In this document: positions 48,813-62,028 of the stretch, in pieces
How the letters are laid out: every line of letters begins with the position of its first letter
Position numbering within the stretch: the first letter of the stretch is position 1
Assembly (NCBI GenBank): GCA_965645245.1
Contig: OZ287071.1
Location: forward strand, 1,736,001 to 1,800,000
Reading direction: 5' to 3'
DNA from: Massalongia carnosa
Taxonomy: Eukaryota
Length of the DNA stretch: 64,000 bases
Made by a program: the position numbers and the translations under genes
Notes under the pieces: generated by a model
What the model saw: the letters and a program-made list of their open reading frames with translations, nothing else
What the model was told of the DNA's origin: nothing
Databases searched by the model: none

Positions 48813-49498
48813 GGCAACATACGAAGTACAAGCTCTTCCATCGGCTGGGGAGATGAGGTGGTTGGTTCACCACGTCCAAACATACTGTCGCTCTTCAACT
48901 CTTCAGGTTACTCGTCATCCGCCAAACGGATGATGCTTTGCATTGGCTTTCCGCATGGCTCCTGTACGCGTGTCGTAACCTTTGCCATGGAGTGCTTTGG
49001 GAGCAGAAAACCTTTTGGAATGCGAGGAGTTGTGGCGTAACACTGACCGCAAAGGCGATGTGGCTTGTCCGGTATTCTTTTGCGTTAACCCATCAACCGG
49101 GCGCTTGATGTAATTTTGCCCTAGTGCCCCCTAGTGCCATGAAAGACGACCTGATCGATTCATGTACAGAGTTAGATGATGACGGCATGGCTGGGCTGTC
49201 AAGAGTCCAATTTGCGATTTTGCCATGACCCCCCCACCCATTTTGTAATAGCTTCATAGGTTCATTTCTCGGTCTTGGCTCTATTTACCACAGGACTACA
49301 GTACCATTGGCATTTGAGGAACACGCTCAAATGAAACGAAGGGACAGGTGCTCTGCAAAGTCAAAATCAACGGCAAGGCCCGAATGAGTGGTAGGATCAA
49401 TGGTGGGAATCAATGATATCCGAAGATATTCCTCCTTGCGTAATCAATACCGTGATACAGGGTAGCTTGCGCCAAAGACGGGTCTGTTGCACTCTGCG

Positions 49499-49685
49499 CC
49501 AATGGTCGAAGCCCGAAAAGGTCAAGTTTACGTATATGATACCGAATACCTGCGCCATCGGTACTCAATCACAGCCAATCGAGACGGCTTAATACAAAGG
49601 GAGGGGGATGGGAAATGAACCAATGGCACTGACCAATCGGCTCGAGTGGTGACGTAAGGGTTGGCAGGTATGGCCCTCTCCCAAT
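49499..49685 (+). promoter_or_regulatory. Cluster of five CCAAT boxes plus an ATF/CRE site upstream of the DUF4449-type gene
   Basis: CCAAT at 49499, 49575, 49620, 49633 and 49681; TGACGTAA at 49650-49657. Confidence 0.5.
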
Positions 49686-50020
49686 CGCGCTTTCTTTTCT
49701 GTGATCCTGTTTTCCCGAATGACCCACTCACAATTTAAATTAAACTCCAACCTCCCCCCCTCCCCATCCGTCTAACACCTCTAACAACCTCAACATCCGA
49801 ACTCACTTCCTTCCTCATCTACAGAGGTACAATTGCTATCATCATCCTTCTCTTTCTTCTTTTCAGTGATACCCTTTGCATCATTTTCGCATTCAGTGCT
49901 AATTGACTGTAACCCGTCAAAGAAAGAGGACTTGTACTTGCATTTGATACCCTCTGATCTGATCTTACGTCAACATTGTCAAAAACAACATCGCATCAAC
50001 CACCCCAAATTCCCGCCGCC

Positions 50021-53000
50021 ATGGCCTCAGTCAATCGTCCGACCAACGTGAAGCAAAAGGAAGCTGATGTCAATCAGAAACTCCAGCTTTACGGTATTTA
50101 CTCAGGTATGGTCTACGCTATGTGCTTTCTACCGTGTCATCCATTCGTGCCGATTTAGCGCTTGCCAGTTATGAAGAAGCTAGGATAGTTATTATGACGA
50201 GCAAGGCTGATGGTGTCATATTCGCAGCTTTCGCGAACGGCAAATTTCCATCGGTAAGTAAGTCCACGTGACATTTCCAGCTTTTCATTCTGACAACTCT
50301 TCGCGCAGAACAAACAAATCGACATTGCGCTGAACTCCGCACTTAATTCTAAGCCACTCACCCAGCCTTCTGCTAAACTCTCACCCGAGGGCAAGCGTCT
50401 TGTCGCTGATCTTCGAGACGTGGTTGAGCAAGCAAAGATCTTGCTCTTGACAAAGAATGAGGGCAACTTACTTCAGGATTTTCTCTGGCAAACAGGCAAC
50501 ATATCGGGTGACAACGCTAGACTACCAGGCGCTCCGATCGACAAGAGTACCGCTCAGCAACATGGCAATCAAGCGCTCGATGGATTAAGGACACTTGGGA
50601 CTTTGTTGATCTCAAATGGTCAATTCCGAAAACTTTGTTTGTTCTTCATCCCCGAATTTCAAGTCTTTACCTAATATCTGGTTTAGTGAACGATGCAACA
50701 ATTCTGCTTCGAGATATTGCCGGCGATGCTGCCCAAAATGCTGCCACTCGCGTGAATCCGTCGCAAGATCAACTGGCCCAGATCGACCATGCTGCAGATG
50801 ACAACACGTGGCATGATACTCCTGATCTGTCTCGTGGTAACTTGAAAAACCAGGTCAAGGGTCAATACAACCAACAAAAACCATTCTCACGAAACGATGT
50901 AAAGAACGCCGCTGGTGATGCCACGCAAGCTGCGCACCCTTCAGGTTCACGCGACCCGGCAGATGCAGCAAATCTCGCGGCACACGACCATCAGCATGGA
51001 ACCGATTCTGGGGTTGATCCCAGAGCCGGTGCAAACACCGCTGCTCAAAATCTGCGTGATCAAGCATCCCAAAATGTTCCGGACGAGACTAAAGATCGCG
51101 CACGTAATATTGGGAACCGCACGAAAGACTATGCTAGGGAGAAATTACCTCAGGAGCGACGCGATCAAACTGTATATCGGTTGAAGAAAATGATCGTCGA
51201 GATTCAGGGTCATCAAGATTGTTAGTATATTTGGCGTTAATCTCTGCTTCCAATTCATGGCCAAAGCTAACATATACCAGATCAACAAGCTGTGGAGACC
51301 CTTCTTGGTCTTGCGGAGGAATATGCCGGTCACGGAAGGAATATCAGCCAACAAGGAGCCGGGACTGTCAAAGGTGCCCATGGCGATTCCGCCCTAACCA
51401 CTGCGGAAGCTGACTTGAAGGTTGGTTCTAGGCTTTGTTTCTGAGAATGGAACAATGCTAACTCAGTTAAAGACACTTCTTGAACGCTTTGCAAATTCAA
51501 CCTCTGCTGACGATCTAATTGACGCTGTCAACGCCATCTATAATGATGCTGACAAAGACCCCGAACTCAAGGGATGGTTCCGCCAAATCAACTCGTACGT
51601 TCGAAAATGCTTGAATGAGCAGGGTTTCGTTATGCAAGATGCTGCTACTCACGAATGGAACCAACTCTCGGACAAGGGTCACTTCCTTCTCCGAGACCGT
51701 TATCGTGACCACACGAACCGCATCATTGATGAAGTTAAGTTCATCGCCGATCAGTTTGACAAGGATCCCCAGAACAAACACTTCGCCGAGTCGGTGAACA
51801 AGCTTTTCCTTGAGCTTGGTAATGATGAGAATGGAAAGCCTGTATTCAAAAAGCATTTGGTGAAAGACTTGAGCCAAGTCATCATTCCAGGTATTTTCGA
51901 GAGTGTACGCTATGTTCCTGTACCTCGTATCGAGTACACCGATCCGATGATTGATGCCATCGTGGAGAACTTGGTTATTGAGAGCGATAACCTCATGCCA
52001 AATTCCTTCGAATTTTCGAGCGATAATTACTTCCGTTGGGGACGTAAGACGGTCACTAATAAGAACAAGAATAAAGTCATGGTCTCTGTCTCTGGTGTGC
52101 AGATGGACTTGAAGGATGTGAGCTACTACGTCAATAGGAAACAAGGATTCCCCAAGCTTAAGGATACCGGCGTAATGGATATCCACATGGGCGGAACTGG
52201 ATTCAGCTTCAAGATTGCCATGGAGACAGCCGACAAATCCGATGGCCAGCACTTTTTCAAGATTAATACCGTTACCGTTGATATCAAGAGTCTCAACATC
52301 AAACTAAAGCAGTCTAAGCATAAGACCTTGTTTAATATTTTCAAGCCTCTCCTGTTCGCTATCATACGTCCTGCCGTTGGCAAGGTCCTCGAGAAACTTA
52401 TTAGAGACCAAGTGCACGAACTTGATAGCAAGGCCTATGCTATTTATACAGAGGCCGAGCGTGCTAAGAATGCTGCCAAAAACAACCCAGAACAGGCTCC
52501 CAATATTTACAATCGCTATGTCACCGCTGCGCAGAAGAAATTCACTGAAGGAAAGCAGAAGGCGGAGGAAGCCACAGCAGGCAAGAAGGCTAATGTTGCG
52601 ATGACTCAGCACGATTCCATTTTCCCTGACATCAAGCTCCCGGGCGGTATTTCGACTAAGGCAACGGAGTACAAGAATCTTGCCGCCAAAGGCGATAAAT
52701 GGGAGTCTCCAATCTTCGGCATCGGGTCTGCATCGGAGACCTCTCCCTTCCCAAAAGTCACCCCAGTTTCTCGCAAGCCTCACAATGCTGCGTCTGGAGG
52801 TGTAAGGGGACCCCAGAACATTGAGCCTGGCCAATCCACCTTCGGTCAAGCGGAGCCACGGCATGAGACTGGTTATGGGCAAGGATCTGGATACGACCAG
52901 AATGCTGGATATGGGCAGAGCGCCGGCTATGGGCAAAATACCGGCTATGGTCACAGCAACGGATCCTCTGGCTTCTCTAACCAGGTCAACCAGGCTTTCG

Positions 53001-53128
53001 GCAGCGACGGTTCCCAGGACTACTCTTTGAAAAACAATACTGGCGGTCCCAATGGCGGATATACCGACAGCTCAACTGGTGGTACTCTCCTCGGCCGCAA
53101 CAACCCAGTGTTGAGCGGTAATGCTTGA
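50021..53128 (+). CDS. Conserved fungal DUF4449/DUF5923-type (BPI-like) protein
   Basis: Spliced MASVNRPTNVKQKEADVNQKLQLYGIYSAFANGKFPSNKQID; RYVPVPRIEYTDPMIDAIVENL; IKLPGGISTKATEY. Five introns reconstruct in frame. Confidence 0.85.
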
Positions 53129-54225
53129 AGCCAGAGCGCTACTTGGGCAAGAGTTTTTTGACCGTGCACTTTTTCCTGGAAAGTTGACTACCCTGTTTTT
53201 GCTTGATGATACCACTATCGCGCACGATGCACATTAACTACTGGGAATGAAACAGTAATGGCAAGGTGGAAGGCGGCTTGAGGTGGAAGGTTCCCTTGCG
53301 AAGGGGAAGGAAAGGATGTGTGCACTCGGTTTTTGCTGCGTGTTTTACTAGAAACTGTGGTTCAATCCACCACTTATTCTCTCCTGTTTTAAAGAAAAAA
53401 TTGAAGACTTTCTCATTTGTTGGCTCTGTCTTCAGGTTATGGGTGTATACTGCGGACACCCACCTTGAGCCGTGATTAGACCTAGGTACCCTGTGGTCAA
53501 GACTTGGGCAGCAGAACTTTTTTCACTTTGATTTCAATTTTTTGGAAACTCCAGTCGTTCTATTTGACTACATGCACAGAGGAAATATTTCCGAATGCTA
53601 AACATGAAAACGTAGGTAGGTATAATGTTCTCTCTTAACCAATTCCCTCCATCACAATCCTCTATGCCCACAGCTTCTATTCTCCATCAGTCCCCTTCAA
53701 AAACTTTTGGGAAATCTATCAACCACCACCGTCAGATTTACACGGAAGTACAACCATATGGGTAGATATGCATGTTACAAATTAAATAGATGAGTAAAAA
53801 AGAAACCCAAACATATAAAGTGCACACTTTGAGGAAGTATGCGCGATATTGGAAGGGTACCAACTTGCCAATCTATCAATCTACCAACCAATTAATCAAT
53901 ACAACGATTTTTTTTTACGTATGGTATAAATAACACTGTGCGATGAAAAGGGATGTCTGTACGTATATATTTGATTTATCTATACCTGTCTACCGATCTA
54001 CTGAAGCTAACCAAACGACGAGAAGAAGGAGAAGGAGAAGGGAACGAGGAAACTCGGAGCGCTGAATGCATTGTATTTGTGCGCCCCTTTTACGGATCGA
54101 GGTGGGTGGGTATGAAAGCGATGGAGAGATGGATAGGTAGATGGAAAGATAATAGAGGACCTTTTAGTTAACCCGAAAGAAACCAGCAGTGAGTGAGTGG
54201 TATCATCAACCCATCCACCTGTAAA

Positions 54226-55769
54226 TCAACTCGAGTACCCCACCTCCACGCCCACGCCCCTCACCAGGCCCTCCCCCCGCCGGAAATCAACCCGCACCCC
54301 GCACCCGTACACGAGCTCCTTGACGCGGCCTTCCCACACCAGCGCCATTTCGCCGGAGCGGTCAAGGGAGGCTTTCAGCACGCCTGCCGGGGGGGGGATC
54401 GTGGTCGTGGTCGTGGTCGTGGTGGTAGTGTCCGAGGGTTTCCAGTGGTGTGCTTCCCATGGGGTAGCTGTAGAACGGATGGGCTCGATCGCTGTGTTCC
54501 TGGACTTTTCCGGCTCCTCATTTGGTGGGTCCGTCGTCACCGGTAGGAACGTCTTCAGTCGCCATAGCTCCCCACCCACCCGCAGCCCGCTCTCGTAGCT
54601 GTAGAAATTGAAGTCGAAGCGCGCGCTCAGGGCTAGAAGTCGAGAGGCACGTACGCTGTACGTGGAGCTGAGGTTGCCCATCAGCGGGTTGAGAGTTAGG
54701 GTCATGGTATAGGGAAATCCTGGATGGGCTGGGAGGGTGGCGAAGCGTAAGCCTGCGGACGCGCCGCTGGATTTGTTGAGGGGGCTGTAGTAGAGCTCGC
54801 AGCCGGCGGAGAAGCGGCCCTGAGGGGTTTTGAGGGGGGTATGTGTAGATGTTGTGGTTGTCGTGATGGCTGTAGAGATGGATGAAGGAAGGGGAGAAGG
54901 GGGAGAAGTGGTGGTGGGTTGGGGATCGGAACCGAAGTTATAGAGACCGCGGATACCGAGGAGCGCGCTGTCGGTGCTGTAGATATACTCGGAGCTATAG
55001 CGCGCAGTGTCGTGCTGAAGGAGGGCAAGAATAGAGCCGCCGTTAGGGAGGCGTGGATCAGAAACGCAGGAGAGTTTTAGTTGGGTGCGCGGGGTGAGGC
55101 GGCGAAGGTAGAGGGCTTCGAGGGTGGGGTGGGGGAGATAGAGGCGGCCGTAGAGAAGAGCATCTGGGTGTTGTGGTTGTCAGCCGGGAAAAGTCAAAAG
55201 GGAAGGACGGGCCACTAATGCAGTAAGGATTGTGCAGTAATAGAGCCATTGAAAGAAGCAACAGCATAGGAACAGTGGCGCCATACCTCTTCGATCCACC
55301 CTCCTCCCTTGCTGCCAAACCTCCCACCACCAAGGCTCGTCCGGCTGGCGCAAATCCTGCAGCTGCCGATATCCGGGAACAAGATGTCGTAGCGGGATCT
55401 CACGGCTCTGGGAGACCGTCGCGCTCAACGGGAGGGAGCTATAGAGATACGATAGCGAGCCGTCGACGAGACCGATGCTGCCGAGGGTGTACGAGCTTGC
55501 GAAGTTGGGTGAGGAGAGCGAGGAGACGTGAAGGCGGAGGCCATGAGGGGAGGGGAAATCGAGGAGACCTGTAGATATTTTAATGATTAAGGCAATATAT
55601 TGGGCAGGTGAAGATAGAGGAGGGGAGCAGAAGAAGAATGGGGATATGTGAATTTGGGGGAGGAGGGGTTACAGCGGGCAGTTTCTGTTAGAGAACCATA
55701 AGAGTTGTCGCGGTTCCAGTGGGAGGCTTCGTAGAAAGCATTCTGGACGTAGTCCATAAACCCTAGCAT
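54226..55769 (-). CDS. MDM10: Mitochondrial outer-membrane beta-barrel Mdm10 (ERMES/SAM)
   Basis: [81 protein letters not shown]. Two introns. Confidence 0.93.
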
Positions 55770-55986
55770 CTTCGCGCGCAGAGATCTTCTCCTATGGTCC
55801 TGACAAAGTCTGACTTCTTCTCTTCCATCTTGAACTCGTGCAATTCTTTTGATCGTTTGCGCCTGCTAGCAGCGGGAAATCTTAGCGTTCACACATCCCA
55901 TTCAGCCTTATGAAAGTTATAAATCCATCAATTCTCTCGAGCTCCCAAAACAATTATTCGAGAACCACGATAGACAACTCTTCAAC

Positions 55987-56813
55987 ATGCCGAAATCCAA
56001 GCGCGCAAAAGTCGTGCACCTGTCCAAGACGACGAAAAAGGGCAAGGAGCTTACCATTAAGCTCTACGCCAATATCCGCGACTGCATTCCCAACTATACC
56101 TACCTCTACGTCTTCAGCGTGGAGAACATGCGCAACACCTTCCTCAAAGATGTACGCGCTCAAGTGGTGGATAGTAGGTATGCATGCGCAACCATGATCC
56201 CAGCATTGGGCAAAGCGGCCGCCAATTGAACTCCGCATGCTTGTTAGAGCCCACTTAACAAATCTCATTTAGACTCTTCTTCGGCAAGACAAAGGTCATG
56301 GCGAAAGCGCTCGGGGATTCCCCCGCCACGGAGCCATACCCAGGAACCTCCCTTCTTTCGCCGTATCTCACCGGAGCCGTCGGCCTCCTCTTCACCCCGC
56401 GGGACCCCGCGTCCGTACTTGAATACTTCAGCTCTTTCTGCCCGGTCGATTTCGCGCGCGCGGGCACCATCGCATCGCGCTCATTTACTCTGCCTTCGGG
56501 CACACTATACAGCCGGGGAGGAGAGGTTCCGCAGGATGAGGACGTTCCTATCGGTCATTCGGTTGAACCAGGGTTAAGAAAGCTGGGGGTGCCGACGAGG
56601 TTAGTCAAGGGACGGGTAGAGCTGGAGCGAGAGTTTGAGGTGTGCAAGGAAGGCGATGTGCTGGGGAGCGGACAAACAACGCTGTTGAAGATGTTCGGGG
56701 TGGCAATTTCGGAATTCAGAGTTGGGATCAGAGCGTATTGGACAGCCGAAACTGGGGAGGTCACATTGGTGGAGGAGAACGAAGATGGTAGGATGGACGT
56801 GGGAGGATCGTAG
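55987..56813 (+). CDS. MRT4: Ribosome assembly factor Mrt4 (uL10 paralog)
   Basis: MPKSKRAKVVHLSKT.KK, FSVENMRN..LK, LFFGKTKVMAKALG, DFARAG, SVEPGLRKLGVPTRL. Intron 56176-56272. Confidence 0.95.
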
Positions 56814-57452
56814 GGGTGTTTAGCATAAGAGGATCTATGAATTTCGGAGTGGATGGCGTTTTGCAATGGGAGTATGGGAGCGTGTGAACTTGCTTGGAGG
56901 ATATTGCGAAGAAAAAGCTTGGGGCTAGCTCCGTGCGTCCGACTACATAAGAAGCAAAGAAAATCGCCGATAATACAAACTTCGAAAGTAAAGTACCTAG
57001 GTCAGCGAGAAAGAGGTCTGAAGCAGACCATCTTACCTGACCTTACCTGGAGCCTCCTCCCGACCTCATAGCTTTAGTTACATACCTACCGCCTGATATA
57101 AAAACAAGATTGAGAAGAAAGAATACCATGCCGATCCAGCCATTCAACTTGCCAATCCCTTGTGATCCTGGGACATAATACCTTGAGTTTGGCGATATTA
57201 GAGTCTTTTTCTGCCTGGCGGCAGCCACCATATCAACCCCTGAAACTAACATGTTCCGCTGAAACCGTACGAGAAACGCAGAGAGAATGTGGCGAAAACT
57301 TGCTGCAGGGTCGATGGTGAAGAGCTTACCAATGACGATGATTCTTTTAGCACAAGACAGCGACTTCGAGGCGATTCTTACCCTGAGGGCAAAAGAAAAG
57401 ACGGTGAGAAATCGAGAGAACCCACCCAACAAACCGATGCAGTCTTGCAAGA

Positions 57453-59050
57453 CTAGTACCTCCGTTTGCTGCGCGGATCTTCATATCCATCGCCGTCGTG
57501 GTATCTCTTTCGGCTGCTGTGATCTTCTTCTTTGATGCGGCTGCTGTATCGGTCACGGTCTCCGCTTCCACGATCTCTGTCATTATATCCTCCAGCATCT
57601 CTTGATCTTACCGGCTCACGATTACTACCGGTGAAGCCTCCTGACCGGCTATCACTCCTGTCACCATATCCGCCACCGTTGCTACCTCCACGGTAAGAGG
57701 ATCTGTCATCATATGCACCATTGCGTCTTGCATCGCCATACCCACCACGCGCGCCATTAGGTCCGTCCAACGCAGAAGTTGAGCCGTTTGCACTGCCATT
57801 AATAGGTGAACCAACATAGCCACCGGAGCCAGCGCCGAAGCCACCTCGATTTCCGCCAGGACCAGAAGGAGCATTAGGGGGAGGCACTGGACCATTACCA
57901 AATCCATTAGGGGCACCGCCATATCCGCCTCTTCCACCAAATCCTCCACCGCCTTGGTAACCAATTCCTCCTCTTCCGCCACCAAAACCCCCTCTATCGC
58001 CTCCGCGGAATCCTCCGCGGAATCCGCCACTTGGGCCACCGCCGCGTACACCTCCAAACCCACCGCGAAATCCACCACCTTGAAAACTACCAGGTCCGGC
58101 TGGAGCAGCAAAACCGCCAGGTGCTGCTGGTCGAGCTGGCATGGCCTTTGTATAACCACGGCCACCAAGTCCTCCACCTAAGCGGCGAGGCCTCCATCCT
58201 TTGACAGTGCGACCTCTCTCAACATCAACGAGCACACGGCGATCTTTAATGCGGATTCCATCTGTCTCTTTGTAGGCCGCTAAGAATGTACAAAGATGTA
58301 GCTCAAGTGTCAGTCAAGCACATCTGAAAATAAAGAAACCTGAAGAACAGACGTGATGAAGAAGTGAATAAAAGCTTGAGAATGTAATGATTTAGTTAAG
58401 GATTGGATGCTATACCCTTCATATCCTTCTCTCGCTCGTATACCACAAAAGCGTAACCTCGGTGAGCTTTCTTTTTCTTCGGCTTGGCCTCTGTTGATTG
58501 TGTATCATGAGTATCTGTGACGATGCGTATCTGAATCCATGACTGTTAGCACAACTGTTATCTATGTGTAAGCCTTGGGGATCCAACCCGCTCAATTGGG
58601 CCGAATCTTTCAAATTCTCTCCTTAGGTCATGTTCCGTGGTGTCGTAGCTCAGACGCGCCACAAAAAGAGTCTTGAAGGCATCACCCCTTACTTGTGGAT
58701 CATCAGCTTTATCTATATCATATTGAATTAGCATTCACCATCATACCAACCAAAGGCCAGTGACAATAATAAATAGGGTGATTTCGCATACTCTGCGACA
58801 AACCTTCACTGAGCAACTTCTCCTGTCGCTCATTTTTCTCTAGCTTCAATCTATCCTTTCGTTGCAGCCAGCTCTCAGTCGGCTCATATGGAATCTCTTC
58901 ATATTCTTCTAAAGCGCTTAGATATTGAGCTACACCACTAATATTATGAGTTTTGCGCTCTTCTGGTGCGTGATCGCTAGGGGGAAGGTATCGCAAGGCT
59001 GGACGGGCTGCGAAGAGCGCAAGCAGGTTAGGAGGAAGCTTGTGAGTCAT
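57453..59050 (-). CDS. SNP1: U1 snRNP 70K protein
   Basis: [30 protein letters not shown]...[47 protein letters not shown] and an RGG/RD tail. Three introns. Confidence 0.95.
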
Positions 59051-59282
59051 TCTTGGAGTTTTTTGACATGGATTAGGACACTGTGGACTTTGGAGTCGAA
59101 AGATAAAACATTGGCAAAGGAGTTGTCCAACCGTGATCACGTTGAAAATGTTGTGCTCTGTTACACGGCAAGGGATGTAAGATACCGAGCTAGTGGTAGA
59201 GTCACTGTATTATATACGCATGTCGACTTGGATGCTAGAGTTCTTTCACTTCATTAACAATGCTGCAGAGATTATCATAGCA

Positions 59283-59816
59283 ATGCCAATAAGGGCCATT
59301 CAAGCGATTTCAACCAGTCGAGTGAGTCTCGAAGGAGGTCGTTGTAATACTCTCTAATCTGAACTGACAAACTATCTAGAATGGCGTGGGCGCATTTATC
59401 CTACAATGCAAGCGGCTCGACTTCCACTACTGCGACTGGGCTGGCAGTTCTAAAGGCATGAAGTACGGCCTTCCTTGCTACTCTTAATTTAAAACCTTTT
59501 TCTAACTGGACGTTCCAGCTCGTTCCTCAAATACCTCCTGCGGCCTTTCGCAGCTACACACCCCCAAATCGAGATACACATCTCCCCTCGCCCATCACGG
59601 CATCCTATCGTTCGCGGCATGTATATTAATGGGAGAGAGAAGACAATCTGCGTGAGGAATTTGGAAAAGGAACAGATACTAAAAAAAGTCGAGCTTTTAA
59701 GGGATGCGAGCGGCGAAAAGCTAAGGAGGGTGAAGGGTGGAAGGGTTGTAACCAGCGACAACGAATCTGTAAGGGGCATATGGAGCCCGATGCATGGAGC
59801 AAAGGCGCCAATATAG
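59283..59816 (+). CDS. MRPL51: Mitochondrial ribosomal protein mL43 (MRPL51)
   Basis: Spliced RNGVGAFILQCKRLDFHYCDWAGSSKGMN...HPIVRGMYINGREKTICVRNL...SVRGIWSPMH. Two introns. Confidence 0.93.
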
Positions 59817-60031
59817 ATGGTGAAGAGCAAAATACGGAATGGAAATTGGGTTAATAGGACATATAGCAACATGCTGGGCCGACTTGCTAGCTCGGCCTTG
59901 GTTCCATGCATGTTTTTGAAAGGGCAATAACTCTGTGACTCTATCATAATCCACCGACTTCATTTTCATCTTCAAGTGGGTTCGGATAAGATATTCTACA
60001 AATTCCATCTTTGGCCACACCCTCGTGCAAT

Positions 60032-61181
<1,150 letters not shown>

Positions 61182-62028
61182 TATGTCGGTTCTCCTTGAG
61201 GGTTTGGATTAAGAAACAAAGGTTAAACCTCGCAGATTTTAGATTCAGGAACGGTTGAAGGGTGCTTGTTTGGTTATAGAAGAGAAAGATGGACGGGGTT
61301 AAGAGGGTTCGAAAGTTGCTTGGGATGAGGTAAGTATATTATTTGCCTTTGTGGGGATGGATGTGGGGAAGAGAATGAAGCTTGGCAATGCTGGCGGGGT
61401 TTAATTCGGAGATTTTCCATGCGTTAGCTAAATATATTTCCCATTACTCCGAACGTGGAAATATAACCTTCATTGTCAATTCTTATTGAATGCACTTATG
61501 ACCTAATGCGTTATTATTTTCTATGTGCTAATAGATCGCTTTGGGCTTTGAAACCAAGGAGATATCGCTCATACATCATGTATGGCTTTAATTGATCATA
61601 TTTCATTATTACTCCATCGGCCTGACTCAATTACCCCCCCAGGAAGAAACACAGGGCTGTGATTGTTTTTGATTGACATAAGAGAGAGTACAACCTCCCT
61701 GTGTTGGTCAAGCAAGGAAGGATTAGGCTGTCATGTATAAGACAATGGGCTTCCTGACTCTAATCCTTGATTCTCATCGATATATTAGCATCTGGAAGAA
61801 AGTCTTGGGGTGGGAAAATACAGTTGACAGAAGGGGCCGAAGTTGGTATATTAGTCCATTGGGGGCTATTGATCCGATGATATAAAACGGTCAGACCATC
61901 CGGATTGATAAGAGCCATTAGTGGTATTCAGAGGTGGCTAAAACAACAAACCCTCAATCGAACGAGGGGCAGCGGCTTTTGTTTATTGGAATACTGCCTG
62001 AAGACTAGTATTTCCAAGTGCCTTTTGC

